Shown here piece by piece: positions 16,321-26,377 of a DNA stretch of 29,694 nt. This stretch comes from a virus (lineage: Duplodnaviria; Caudoviricetes): IMG/VR virus record IMGVR_UViG_3300033067_000467, positions 1-29,694 of that record, one strand, 5' to 3'. Every line of letters starts with the position of its first letter. Within the stretch, counting starts at the first letter, position 1. Both the position numbers and the translations under genes were made by a program. The notes under the pieces were generated by a model. The model saw only the letters and a list, made by a program, of their open reading frames with translations. It was not told the DNA's origin and did no database searches.

Positions 16321-17678
16321 CAGGCGTACCTCCCCATCGCTGCGCCGAGCTGGCGCGTCAACTGGAACGCCGCGTCACGAGCGTTCGCGGTCTTCCCCCA
16401 CCCGTACCTGGCATCTTCCATGAGGGTCGACGCCCACTCGTCGAGGCTCATCGGTTGCGGCTTGCCCTTGTCGTTCCGGTTCGTGAGCGGCCGGGCGTAC
16501 TTCGGGTCGGTCAAGTCGATCTGATTCGCGTCGACCTCGAGCAGATGCGAAGCGGCCTGAATGTACGGGTCGGCGATGTCGCGCAAGGTGATGCCCTTGT
16601 CGATCTCGTCGGCGAACGCCGGGAACATCGCCTTCGCGACCTGCCGGAAGTGCTGTTCGACACCTTCGATCGTCGTCTTCCCGGCGAGGATGTCGCGTGC
16701 GAACTGGTTGGCGCGCTTGTCGGGAGATCCGACGCCGTACTGGGCGGCGAGGTTCTTCACCTTCGTTTCGGTGTCGCCGATCTGGCCGGCTGCTTTCGGG
16801 TTGTAGCGCGTCTCGGCGAGCACCGCCCGTTGCAGGTCCTCTTGGCGCCATCCGAGCCGCAGCGACTGGAACGCGATCAGCTTGAGGCGCTCGTCGCTGA
16901 TCCCGGCACCGAGGCGGGACGACAGGCCGGTGATGTCGGTGATGCGCTCGTTGAGCTGGCGTGATGCTTCGGCCGGGTCGGTGCTGTAGAGCGCGTCCCA
17001 CTTGCGTTGCGCGGCCGAGTGCGACTGCCACCAGGTCGTCTCTTGGAGCTTGGCGAAGAACTCGTTCCAGCCCCATCCGTTCTTCGATGCGTCGCGCAGG
17101 AGCGGCCCGACTTCGGGGTTGTCCATCAGCCACGAGAACGCACCGAACTTCTCGTCCTGTGCGGCGGCGTACTGGGGATCGGTTGCGTCGGGCGGAGCCG
17201 AGTTGTCGGGGATCGTCCCCGTGATCGCGTTGCCGGTGTCGGTACCGGCGGCACGGTACCCCTGCCCGAACTGCGCGTTGTCGCTGATGTAGTTCTGCGC
17301 CAGCGACCAAATCTGATTGCCGTAGTCGGTGCCGCCCGAGTAGGTCTGCCACTCGGTCGCCGCGCCGAGCGACGCGGTCGGATTCCCGGCCATGATCGAC
17401 GCGAGGATCGTCGGGTAGTGGCCGTTGCGGAGCGTGTGGACCGTCGCCTGAATGCCGTGCTCGGCGGTGTCGTACTCGCGGACGCCGATCGAGTTGATCG
17501 TCCCGGTCTCGCCGTAGCCGCCCTGCGTGGTCGCGAGCGGGTTCCATCGGGCGCGGGTGCCTTCGCGGTCGATCCATGCCGAGATGAACGCCATGTTCGT
17601 TGTCGTGACCGGCGCGCCGAGCGCGACGAGCAGCGCCTGGGACCATCCGCCCTTCGTCGTGATCGTTTGGTCAGCCAT
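16320..17678 (-). CDS. internal virion protein with N-terminal lysozyme-like peptidoglycan hydrolase domain
   Basis: AWIDREG...WNPLATT...NSIGVREY...GIQATVHTLRNGHYPTI resembles a lysozyme-superfamily domain; helical C-terminal part. Confidence 0.65.
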   Translation of the reverse strand: MADQTITTKGGWSQALLVALGAPVTTTNMAFISAWIDREGTRARWNPLATTQGGYGETGTINSIGVREYDTAEHGIQATVHTLRNGHYPTILASIMAGNPTASLGAATEWQTYSGGTDYGNQIWSLAQNYISDNAQFGQGYRAAGTDTGNAITGTIPDNSAPPDATDPQYAAAQDEKFGAFSWLMDNPEVGPLLRDASKNGWGWNEFFAKLQETTWWQSHSAAQRKWDALYSTDPAEASRQLNERITDITGLSSRLGAGISDERLKLIAFQSLRLGWRQEDLQRAVLAETRYNPKAAGQIGDTETKVKNLAAQYGVGSPDKRANQFARDILAGKTTIEGVEQHFRQVAKAMFPAFADEIDKGITLRDIADPYIQAASHLLEVDANQIDLTDPKYARPLTNRNDKGKPQPMSLDEWASTLMEDARYGWGKTANARDAAFQLTRQLGAAMGRYA

Positions 17679-18585
17679 AGTTCACACCGATCGTGTCGAG
17701 CAGCTTGGCGTAGAAGTCGGCCGCGCCGTGCGCTTCGACGCCGCCGGGGTCCGAGCGTTGCGCGAAGTCTGCCGCGGCCGTGTTCATCGACGGGGCGTCA
17801 TAGACACTCGGCGCAGACGCCGCTGCCGCTGCACCTTTTGCCGTCTCCCCATCGAGCGAGAACGGCGCCGACGCACCTCCGGCCATCGCCGCGTCCTGCT
17901 GCTGGCTCACCGCCCACGACGAATACTGCGACGAGCGGACGGTCTGCATGTACGCCGAGACGAACTGGCTGCGCTCTTCGTCGGTCAACTTCCGGCCGAG
18001 TGTCGCCGACGCCACATCGTCGGCCGTGCGGGCCACGTCACGGGCATTCGGGAGGCGGTAGATCAGCGGGGTCGACTGGCCTTGGCCGGTATCCTTCGCC
18101 GCTTCGGGCGGGTTCTGCGACAGCCACGACAGCGCCTGCGACGCCGACTGGCCGTGCAGGTTCGCGTGGCTCAACACAGCCTCGTACGCCTGTGCCTCGG
18201 TACGGGTCCACACCCCGAACTTCGAGACCTCTTTCGGGTCGAGCAGCCCGGCCTGGATCAGCTTGCGTTGCATCCGTGCGATCGTCTCAGGCGAGTAGCC
18301 GACCGGGGCGAGCTGATCGCCGTCGACGTAGAACTGGTAGGCGTAGCCGTTGCGTGCGCCCGACATGCCGTTCTGGCCGGCCATGACGCCGGTCGTGCCG
18401 GTCTCGCCGGGGCCGGACAGGTAGAGCGGAGACCACCGCGAGTTCCAGGCGATGCCCGGCCGGTCGAACCGTCGCGGTACGGGCGGCGTGAACGTCGGGG
18501 TCGAGATCCCGAACGGCAGACTGATCGTGCTGTCGTCCGCGACGACCGGAGCGCCACCACCCTCGTACTTGCTTGTGTCAACCAC
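17671..18585 (-). CDS. internal virion protein with possible peptidoglycan-binding-like motif
   Basis: IARMQRKLIQAGLL...FGVW...EAQAY resembles PG_binding_1; GTG start overlapping the upstream stop. Confidence 0.55.
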   Translation of the reverse strand: MVDTSKYEGGGAPVVADDSTISLPFGISTPTFTPPVPRRFDRPGIAWNSRWSPLYLSGPGETGTTGVMAGQNGMSGARNGYAYQFYVDGDQLAPVGYSPETIARMQRKLIQAGLLDPKEVSKFGVWTRTEAQAYEAVLSHANLHGQSASQALSWLSQNPPEAAKDTGQGQSTPLIYRLPNARDVARTADDVASATLGRKLTDEERSQFVSAYMQTVRSSQYSSWAVSQQQDAAMAGGASAPFSLDGETAKGAAAAASAPSVYDAPSMNTAAADFAQRSDPGGVEAHGAADFYAKLLDTIGVNYG

Positions 18586-21500
18586 CTGCGCCTACCCCCG
18601 TGCCGAGAATCTCGTTCGTCTCGTCCATCTTGCCCTCTCGGGAGAACACCTCGTCCCACACGGGCGAGAACGTGTGGTAGTCGTCGATGATCCGCGATGC
18701 CGAATCTCGCAGCCACGCGCGGATCGGTGCTGCTGCGTCCGCTTCGGCGAACGATGCGAGCCCTGCCGCTTTCGCCGACGCGAGCGCCTTGTCCCGCAAC
18801 GTCAGGTAGATCCCGATCGCCTCGACCGTCTTGTTCCCGGCGAGGCGCTTGTCGGTCGTTGCCTTACGGAACGAGTCGATCACCGCATCCCACTGTCCGC
18901 CCGGCTGGTATTGCAGGTGCGTACGGTCTACGACGTCGGTACGCCAGCCGGGGAAGTCCTTCGAGATCGCAGGCTTCACGACGTCGCGCAAGTACGCGGA
19001 CTGTTCGGCGGTAAGCGTGTCGGGCATCTTCTGGCGGATGCGGTCGTAGACGGCCGACGCGACCCGATGTTGCGCGAGCGCGACCCAGTCAGCGAACCCT
19101 TGCTCGTTGTCGGCGAGCGCGACCCGGTCCCCGGTGCGGATCTCGCGCAGATACTCGGTGTAGGAGAAATCATCGTTCGTCTGCGCGCCACCATCGAACA
19201 GCAGCGGGTAGATGTCCGGGTATCGCTTGACGACGCCCTTGTTCTGGCCGACCCAGTCGGCCATCGGCTTCGTCGGCTGCAACCCGTAGACCCGAGGGTA
19301 CGAACCGGGCTGCAACGCGAGCAGCACGTCGTCGCCGTACTTCTGCATCATCTGGAACGCCGCGCCAGACGGGTCGCGCGACAGGGCGTCGCGGTAGTCG
19401 TCCTTGATGACGTTCAGCATGAACACGGTCCCGTCGCGGCGGTCCTCGTAGATCATGTTGAACTTCGGCGACGCAGGCGACGCGAACTGCACCATGCCAC
19501 GCACGAGCCACAACGACTGTGCCTTCCGGCGTGCGTCACGCTGCAGACGGTCAACGTCTTCCGGGTCGGTCATGTCGTACTCGCCCGACGACCCGAGATA
19601 GACGGCAACGTCCCGCACTGACTGGGCGAAGATCCGCTCCTGCTCGGGCGACCGGCCCGTACCCGGCACCAGGCCAGACATGCGGAGCTTCTGCGCCCAC
19701 CCCGGCATCAGGGCCTCGAGCCAACCAGACTGCACGTCGGTCTCGCCGTACGGCATGATGATGTCGCGAGCCCAGTTCCAGTCGGGCGTGTCAGGCAGGA
19801 TCGCCGCGGCCGGGATCGACAGTGCCGGGCCGAGACCGGGCATCCCCTGTGACGCGAGGTTCAGGCCGCTCACCGGGGCGGTCAACGGGATCGGCACGCC
19901 AGCGATCGCCTCGTTCACGAACGTCGACCCTGGGATCGGCATCATCAGTTCGCCGGTCGTCGGGTCACGCGTGAAGATGTCCTCGCCTGTGCCGGTCACG
20001 AACTTGTTGATCTGGTCGAGACGCCACGGCACCCGCGGGTTCGCAGACGCGAGCGCCGCCCACCTGGTCACGACTTCCTTCCATGCTTCGCCGAACGGGA
20101 CGACGAACCGGAGGATGTCGGACAGTTGCCCGCGTTCCGAGATGTCGTACAGCAGCTTCTTCGTCTCGTTGAGGGCCTTGAACTTCGCGTGGGCGTCGAG
20201 CTCGCGCAATGTCAGGTCGCCGCCAGGTCCCATCCGTGGGCGGAGCCGCTTCGCCAGTTCGGCCGGCGCCCCATCGACAAGGACACGCTGGACTTCCGGG
20301 TCGACGTACGGGAACACCCGCTCGACCTCACGCCAGTACGAATCCATGAACTGCGGGTGACGCGACAGCTTGTTCGTCGGCGTCGACATGAGGGCTTCCA
20401 TCGTCCGGTCGACGGCCTGGTCCCACCAGCCGAGCACCCGGCCGCCGTTCGTGGAGCGGGTACGGACGGTGATGTGGCCTTTCACTTCTTCGGGGCCGAT
20501 GCCGTCGCGGGCCATGTTGTCGAGATGTTCCGACAGGGCTTGCGATGCGTTGCGCCGGGCGGTGAAGTCGCCGATCGGTTCGCCGTTGAAACGGCCGGAT
20601 GCGACCGCGTCGACGAGGCTGTCGTCGCCTGCGGTCTTGATGCGGATGCGGTCGTAGATCGAATCGACGTAGGCGCGGCGGGCGTTCGGGTCGGCCATCG
20701 CTCGGGCGTAGTCGTCGCCGAACGTCGCGAACTCGTCGGCGTACTGGCGTCCTTCGTTCTCGATCCAGCGCAACGTCTCTTCGGGGCCTGCGCCCGACAG
20801 CATGTCTTGCGCGGCCTTGCGTGACAGTTGGTCGCCGTGCAACTGGTGGATCTCGCCGGCCCATGACTCGACGAAGTCGTCTTCGCCGCGCACGACGAGA
20901 CGGTGAAGGCCGAGCTGCTGGACGGCAGGGTCGCCGTAGCGGCCGCGGCCATGAGCGGACGCCTGGTAGATCTCCGACGTGCGGTCGCGTGCCTGTTCGA
21001 TCATCGACTGGCCGAGCACGTCGTCGGAGAGCCGCCGGTTCTCTAACGCGTCGGAGAACGCGCGCATCAACAGGTTTGCATCCGGGTTGCCTGCGGCGTC
21101 TTCGATGCGGTAGCCGAGCGTGGTGAGCGCCCGCTGGATCCGGTTCTGTGACGCGAGGTTCGACAGGTCCGGGTCGGCGATGACCGTCGCGAGCCACGAC
21201 ATCGGATGGTGGAACGCGGACGGCCCGCCATTCGCTGCGATACGGATCTGTTCTTCGCCGACAACACGCATCGGCCATGCGAGCCGCATCAACTGTGCGG
21301 GCTTCCACAGGTCGTTAAAGATGAAGTCGGTCGCGACGACAGCACGGTCGAACCACTGGCCGCTTGTGGTCGTGTGGTTCAGGTACCGGCCGAACATCGA
21401 CGCGTGGCGGCGGATCGCACGCGGGTCGGGCATCGGGACGAGCGAGTTGATCCCTTCGGACAACAGGTGCGGGCCGTCGAGCGTGATGTGTTCCCCGCCG

Positions 21501-23140
21501 ACAGTGACTGCATCGACCGTGACGTTCCGGCCGATCTCGTCGGTGAAGTACCGGGACGCCTCACGCGACGTGTTCGCGAACATGCGGGTCATGGACCGTG
21601 CGGCACGCTCGTCGACGCCGTACTCGGTGAGCAGACTCCGCTCGATGCGGCCCATCGCCCATTCGGCCGTGTCGAACAGGCCTGCGCGGGTCGTCGCGTC
21701 TGCGACGCGCTGCCAGAGGATGTCACGGTCGGCTTGGTTGACCTTCCCGTTGACGAGCGCATCGTCGAGTGTCTTCCACACCTGGTTCTTGTCGTCGAGA
21801 TGCAGAACGCGGCCGGGGAGCGTGTGCAACAGTCGGATGTCGTCCATGCGACGGTGCGTCCGGTAGCCGAGCTCGTTGATCTGCATGATCTTGCGGGCGT
21901 TCGGGACGTGCTCGAGGTCGATGCCGAGCGCGCCGTGCAGCAACGCCCGGACGTCGTCGGGGTTGTCGGCGTTGCGGAGCGCGTTGACGAAGTCGATCGG
22001 GACGTCAGAACCAAGTGCCTCGTGTAGTGCACGGCCGTCGGTCGTGACGGCGATCCGGTCGATGACGGCGCGGCCACGGGACGATTCGAGCCACTGCAAT
22101 GCTGACTGGCCGTCGACTGCACGCGCGACAGAGTCGTACCCGCCGGCTGCTTCGATCACAGCCTGGCGTGCGCCGGGCGATGCGAGTAGATCATCGAACG
22201 ACCGGCCGGTCTGCGTCGCGAGGTCGGTGAGCAGCGCCGTCTCGCGGGCGCTCTTCGCGACGTCGACGGCCTTCTTGCCTTGCTTGACGGCAGCGGCCGC
22301 ATCGAACAGGGCGTTCGCCGGGTCGATCTTCGTCGTGTAGCCGAGGTCGATCGTGCCCGACAGCAACTGGTAGGCCGTCGTCCCTTCGTCGGTGAACGCC
22401 GACGCGACCGCACGCCCAGGGGTCAGGGCGCGGCCCCTGGACGTGATCCCACGGACGCGACGCTGCTGACGTACCGCTTCGGCCGCAGCGTCGCTGCCCG
22501 TGAAGAACCCGCCGCCCGTGTCTTCACCTGACAACGTCTGGAACAGGCTCGTTCCGCGGAACAGGTCGCCCGTCGATGCCGAGTAGTCGCGCGTCGAAGG
22601 GTCCCCGCCCGGCAAGATCCCGTTGCTGTCGGGCTGGATCGACTGGCTCAGGTTCATCAGGGCGTTCGTGCCGAACTCGGTCGGGAACGACACCACTGCC
22701 GTCGTGTCGCGCGTCACGTTCTTCACGAACGACATCGGGCCGTCGAACCAGCCAGACCCGGACGACACCTTCCCGACGAGCGGGTTGTCCTTGATCTGCG
22801 CTGTCGCGATCGCCGCCTGCACCGACCCGAGGAACGATTCTTCGGTTCCGGTACGGGACTGCAACTGGGCGACACGATCCGGCGACAGGACCTTCGCGAC
22901 CGATACGAACTCGTCAGCGTCGGCCGAGATGCCCTCTTGCGCGAAGTTGTAGAGCAACGACGGAACGACCCGCAACTGCGGCGCGACCTGCAGATACGAC
23001 GAGATCAGCTCGGTCTGCTGCTTCGTCAGCTCCGGGTTCCCTGCCGCCGACTCGAACGTCGTCTGCTGCGTCTGCGCGAGATACCGCCGCCGATAGAGAG
23101 CATCGAGTTCCTGCTGGGTCGCGAGCCAAGGTGTCGGCAT
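18578..23140 (-). CDS. large internal virion / DNA ejection protein (~1520 aa)
   Basis: Likely start MPTPWLATQQ right after the upstream stop; size, helical composition and position fit T7 gp16-like ejection proteins. Confidence 0.65.
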   Translation of the reverse strand: MPTPWLATQQELDALYRRRYLAQTQQTTFESAAGNPELTKQQTELISSYLQVAPQLRVVPSLLYNFAQEGISADADEFVSVAKVLSPDRVAQLQSRTGTEESFLGSVQAAIATAQIKDNPLVGKVSSGSGWFDGPMSFVKNVTRDTTAVVSFPTEFGTNALMNLSQSIQPDSNGILPGGDPSTRDYSASTGDLFRGTSLFQTLSGEDTGGGFFTGSDAAAEAVRQQRRVRGITSRGRALTPGRAVASAFTDEGTTAYQLLSGTIDLGYTTKIDPANALFDAAAAVKQGKKAVDVAKSARETALLTDLATQTGRSFDDLLASPGARQAVIEAAGGYDSVARAVDGQSALQWLESSRGRAVIDRIAVTTDGRALHEALGSDVPIDFVNALRNADNPDDVRALLHGALGIDLEHVPNARKIMQINELGYRTHRRMDDIRLLHTLPGRVLHLDDKNQVWKTLDDALVNGKVNQADRDILWQRVADATTRAGLFDTAEWAMGRIERSLLTEYGVDERAARSMTRMFANTSREASRYFTDEIGRNVTVDAVTVGGEHITLDGPHLLSEGINSLVPMPDPRAIRRHASMFGRYLNHTTTSGQWFDRAVVATDFIFNDLWKPAQLMRLAWPMRVVGEEQIRIAANGGPSAFHHPMSWLATVIADPDLSNLASQNRIQRALTTLGYRIEDAAGNPDANLLMRAFSDALENRRLSDDVLGQSMIEQARDRTSEIYQASAHGRGRYGDPAVQQLGLHRLVVRGEDDFVESWAGEIHQLHGDQLSRKAAQDMLSGAGPEETLRWIENEGRQYADEFATFGDDYARAMADPNARRAYVDSIYDRIRIKTAGDDSLVDAVASGRFNGEPIGDFTARRNASQALSEHLDNMARDGIGPEEVKGHITVRTRSTNGGRVLGWWDQAVDRTMEALMSTPTNKLSRHPQFMDSYWREVERVFPYVDPEVQRVLVDGAPAELAKRLRPRMGPGGDLTLRELDAHAKFKALNETKKLLYDISERGQLSDILRFVVPFGEAWKEVVTRWAALASANPRVPWRLDQINKFVTGTGEDIFTRDPTTGELMMPIPGSTFVNEAIAGVPIPLTAPVSGLNLASQGMPGLGPALSIPAAAILPDTPDWNWARDIIMPYGETDVQSGWLEALMPGWAQKLRMSGLVPGTGRSPEQERIFAQSVRDVAVYLGSSGEYDMTDPEDVDRLQRDARRKAQSLWLVRGMVQFASPASPKFNMIYEDRRDGTVFMLNVIKDDYRDALSRDPSGAAFQMMQKYGDDVLLALQPGSYPRVYGLQPTKPMADWVGQNKGVVKRYPDIYPLLFDGGAQTNDDFSYTEYLREIRTGDRVALADNEQGFADWVALAQHRVASAVYDRIRQKMPDTLTAEQSAYLRDVVKPAISKDFPGWRTDVVDRTHLQYQPGGQWDAVIDSFRKATTDKRLAGNKTVEAIGIYLTLRDKALASAKAAGLASFAEADAAAPIRAWLRDSASRIIDDYHTFSPVWDEVFSREGKMDETNEILGTGVGAGG

Positions 23141-23141
23141 G

Positions 23142-23558
23142 TCACATGCCGACCATGTCGAGGTACTCAAGCAGCCCGCGCATGTCTTCGGTCGGGTTCG
23201 CCTGGTACATGCCGCGCAGCTTCGCGGTGACGAGCGCCTCGGGAGTGACGCCGCGTGCGGTCGGGGTTGTCGGGTCGGGGCCGGGGCCGGGACCGAACGG
23301 CATCCCTGCGGTGATCGGCTCGTCGGGTCGCATGGTCGGCGCGCCGATCGCGACGGACGGGTCGCCTGGGGGCGGCAGCGGGTTCTCTTGCGGGAGCGGG
23401 ACGGCTTGCTGTGCTCGTTCTTGCGCGGCGGCTGAGCCGTATTGGCGGGACGGCATCGCCTGGACGCGTTGGGTCGACAGGTCTGAACGGTTCGGGTACT
23501 GGGTCCCTGGCGTCCCGACTCGACGACCACCCGAACGGCCCGGCTGACCGGCCATCAT
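23142..23558 (-). CDS. Pro/Gly-rich protein following the portal
   Basis: ATGA overlap with the portal stop; PT.RPDEPITAG...GPGPG motif that I recall from post-portal genes of similar phages. Confidence 0.7.
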   Translation of the reverse strand: MMAGQPGRSGGRRVGTPGTQYPNRSDLSTQRVQAMPSRQYGSAAAQERAQQAVPLPQENPLPPPGDPSVAIGAPTMRPDEPITAGMPFGPGPGPDPTTPTARGVTPEALVTAKLRGMYQANPTEDMRGLLEYLDMVGM

Positions 23559-25333
23559 GCACCGCCAACTGCGGCCATGCCGGCCTGCTGCCCGTTACGG
23601 AGCGTCATCAACATCGACGCGAGGTTCTGCTGCGACGGCTGCGCCGCACCGATCGCCGGTTGCGGCTTCGCAAGGCCCGGCATCTGCTCCGGTCCCGGCG
23701 GACCAGGCGGCGCCTGCTGTGCCGCGGCCGCGGCCTGCTGCTCCTTGAACTTCTGATCGACCTTCAAGTACGCCTCGGCCAGTTCGGCACGGTCCTGCTT
23801 CACGGTCCGCATCAACTCTGCGAGCGGCCCAACGAACGACGGGTCCTGCGCCGCACGAGTCTGCACCGCCGACAGCAACGCATCGTTCAACCGTTCGGTC
23901 ACGATCCGGTCACGTTCCGACTCGGCATCCTCGACGAGCGGGTCGATCGACATGAACGACTCCTTGCTCATCACGCCCGCGCCGACACGCTGCAACCCGC
24001 CGATCACCAGTTCCTGCTGGTCGACACCGGCCATCGAGTAGGCAACGACGTTGTCGTCGGTCTCCCACACTTCGTCCGGGTCGTAGGTGATCTGCCCGAG
24101 CGACGACGACACGAACGACACCGTCTTACGGCCCTTGAAAAACGCCTTGTCGATCGCGATCGCGATCTTGTTCTCTTCCTGTAGCGACGCCTCGAAAAGC
24201 TGCTGGACCTCTTGGAGCTCGAAGTCGATCGTCGCGGACAGGATCGCGTCGCCGCGCCGGCCGGTACGGACAGACGTGGTCGACTCGCCACCGAACTCGG
24301 CCGGGGTCGCGGTCTGGACCCGGATGTTGCGTTCCAACTGGTTCGTGAGACTCATCCCGAACGGCGACGGCGTCGGCGCGAACTGGGCGATCGAACCGTT
24401 CTGGACCTCGCCGATCACGCCGCGGAGCGGGTCGGCGATCTGGACGATCTTGCCCTGCCCGTCCTGGTTGTTGAACCACGTCTCAGGCCAGACCGACCGT
24501 TGCATCCCGATCAGTTCAAGCGCGAACAGTTGCGCCTGCGCCTGGTACATGCCGATCGCATGGAACAGGCGAGGGATCGACTTCGCGAGCGACACCCGCC
24601 CGGCGACGACCGCGAGGGGGCGGCCCGCCAAGTTCGGGAGGCGTTGCGCCTCGACGACCGCACCGCCTGCGTGGTAGCCGATCCCCGAATAGGCGTCGCC
24701 GTCGCCGCAGACGACGAACACGCACTCGTCAGCATCGACGTACTCGAGGACGGTGAACTGCGTGTCGGGCTTGCAGTCACGCTTGTTGACCATCCCCGAA
24801 CAGGCAGGCCACAGTTGGCGGATCTGCGCGAGGGGCATCTTGTACGCGTAGATCACATTGTCGGGTACGAGCGTCGACGCGTCGGTCGGCGGCGGGAGGC
24901 ACGTCGCAGGGTCGCGTACCTTCCAGGTCGGTCGGCCGGTAGCGAAGTCGGGGCGGATCATCACCGCGGACGCGTCATAGGCGACAGCATGGCGGGCACG
25001 TTCCCGCATCTTCAACTGCATCCGTTCCTCGGACCACCATCCGAGGTTGATCTGGCGGCGTTGCCGGGCCAGGTTCTCCGACCGTTTGATCGACGACCGC
25101 AGCTCGGGGTACTTCACGGTCGGCATCGTCGACGCGATCCGCATCGCCTTCTGATCGACGGTCTGCGCGATCAGGTTCGCGACGGCAGGCTTCTCCGACT
25201 GGTTGATCTCGGGGAGCGGGATCGCCATCTCCCCGCCGATCACCGAACGCAGTTCGAGCATCGCAGCATGGGCGGCGCCGAGGTTCTTGCGGCGATCCTC
25301 GTACATGTTGAAGATCTCTTCCGCCGACTTCAT
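23555..25333 (-). CDS. portal protein (592 aa)
   Basis: Follows the terminase; VANLI, VRDP, SVRTGRRG motifs; Gln/Pro-rich tail; GGAGGA RBS. Confidence 0.85.
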   Translation of the reverse strand: MKSAEEIFNMYEDRRKNLGAAHAAMLELRSVIGGEMAIPLPEINQSEKPAVANLIAQTVDQKAMRIASTMPTVKYPELRSSIKRSENLARQRRQINLGWWSEERMQLKMRERARHAVAYDASAVMIRPDFATGRPTWKVRDPATCLPPPTDASTLVPDNVIYAYKMPLAQIRQLWPACSGMVNKRDCKPDTQFTVLEYVDADECVFVVCGDGDAYSGIGYHAGGAVVEAQRLPNLAGRPLAVVAGRVSLAKSIPRLFHAIGMYQAQAQLFALELIGMQRSVWPETWFNNQDGQGKIVQIADPLRGVIGEVQNGSIAQFAPTPSPFGMSLTNQLERNIRVQTATPAEFGGESTTSVRTGRRGDAILSATIDFELQEVQQLFEASLQEENKIAIAIDKAFFKGRKTVSFVSSSLGQITYDPDEVWETDDNVVAYSMAGVDQQELVIGGLQRVGAGVMSKESFMSIDPLVEDAESERDRIVTERLNDALLSAVQTRAAQDPSFVGPLAELMRTVKQDRAELAEAYLKVDQKFKEQQAAAAAQQAPPGPPGPEQMPGLAKPQPAIGAAQPSQQNLASMLMTLRNGQQAGMAAVGGA

Positions 25334-25638
25334 GCTTCCTCCACGGGTTCGTACGTCGCGGCGAAGAGGTCAGGCTTGCACGGGTAGAACTCGCCTTGTA
25401 CGCCGCGGATGATCCAGTCGCCGATCTCGGCCCGCATCGCCCCCTCTAGCGTCTGGACGATGGCGTATGCGGCCTCATTGTCGGCGTCCTGTCGACATGC
25501 GAGTCGTCCGCCGTTACCGCAGACCCACGCCCATAGATCGCCGCCCTTGTTCTCGTTCCACGGAGCGGGCGGCATTGCTTCGGTGTACGCACCGAAACGG
25601 CGTGCTTCGATAACGACGGGCTTCTTACGGAACTTCAC
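25330..25638 (-). CDS. conserved phage protein of the RKKPVVIEA...GEFYPCKPD family
   Basis: KFRKKPVVIEA, TLEG, GDWIIRGVQGEFYPCKPDLFAATYE motifs; GTG start with GGAGGA RBS. Confidence 0.85.
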   Translation of the reverse strand: MKFRKKPVVIEARRFGAYTEAMPPAPWNENKGGDLWAWVCGNGGRLACRQDADNEAAYAIVQTLEGAMRAEIGDWIIRGVQGEFYPCKPDLFAATYEPVEEA

Positions 25639-25769
25639 GCTTCCTCCACGTCACTGTTCGCGTACGCCTCGACATAGAGCAGTTCGGGGTCCTCGCCTGC
25701 GTGGGCACGGGTGAGCAGCGCGAGAAGCTGCGGGCCGTGGATCACCCACCAAGAGTCGATCCCGTTCAC
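25635..25769 (-). CDS. 44-aa hypothetical protein (not in ORF track)
   Basis: GTG-start MNGIDSWWVIHGPQLLALLTRAHAGEDPELLYVEAYANSDVEEA fills the gap exactly, with GTGA overlaps at both ends. Confidence 0.7.
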   Translation of the reverse strand: MNGIDSWWVIHGPQLLALLTRAHAGEDPELLYVEAYANSDVEEA

Positions 25770-26377
25770 GCGATCCTCCGATCACGGCCGATCCACGACG
25801 GCCGGGACGGCATCTGCAGCGGCGCACGGTTCGTGCGAAGGTCCTGCACCTGCTGATACCACCACTTCCACACGAACCAGAGCGCCATCACCAAGTCTTG
25901 CTTCGGTGCTTTCATCATCTTGCCGGTGATCGGCGACAGGGCCGGTGGGCGCCACGCCCGCAACTGGTTCAACAGGGGCGTCATCCGCTCGCGGGACAGG
26001 TCATCACCCCATGGGATCGACACCTCACGAGCAATGAACGAACGGTTCATCTGCGCCGTCCCGAACACCTCATCGGCCTTGTTCATACGGGTCGTATGGG
26101 GCCGGACCTCGAAGCCTACCTCTGCGGCGATCGCATGGAGGCGATCGTCGTTCCCGAGGCCTTTCTGCTGGGCGTCGATCTCGATGATGACGACAGACGG
26201 CCGGTACTTGCGGGCGTACTTGTCGATCAGGCTCAACAGCTCTTCGGTCTTGTTCAGCCCGTATTGCACTTCGGCGTCGACGACGTAGAGCTTCTCGGCC
26301 GTGACCGTACAGGCGATGATCGCCGTCCCGCCGCCGAGGGCCGGGTCGAACCCGAGGACAGTCTGCCCGTCGATCAT
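25766..26377 (-). CDS. terL: terminase large subunit, nuclease (RNase H-like) domain as a separate ORF
   Basis: VLGFDPA, VIIEIDAQQK, HTT..NK, QDLVMALWF acidic motifs. Confidence 0.85.
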   Translation of the reverse strand: MIDGQTVLGFDPALGGGTAIIACTVTAEKLYVVDAEVQYGLNKTEELLSLIDKYARKYRPSVVIIEIDAQQKGLGNDDRLHAIAAEVGFEVRPHTTRMNKADEVFGTAQMNRSFIAREVSIPWGDDLSRERMTPLLNQLRAWRPPALSPITGKMMKAPKQDLVMALWFVWKWWYQQVQDLRTNRAPLQMPSRPSWIGRDRRIA

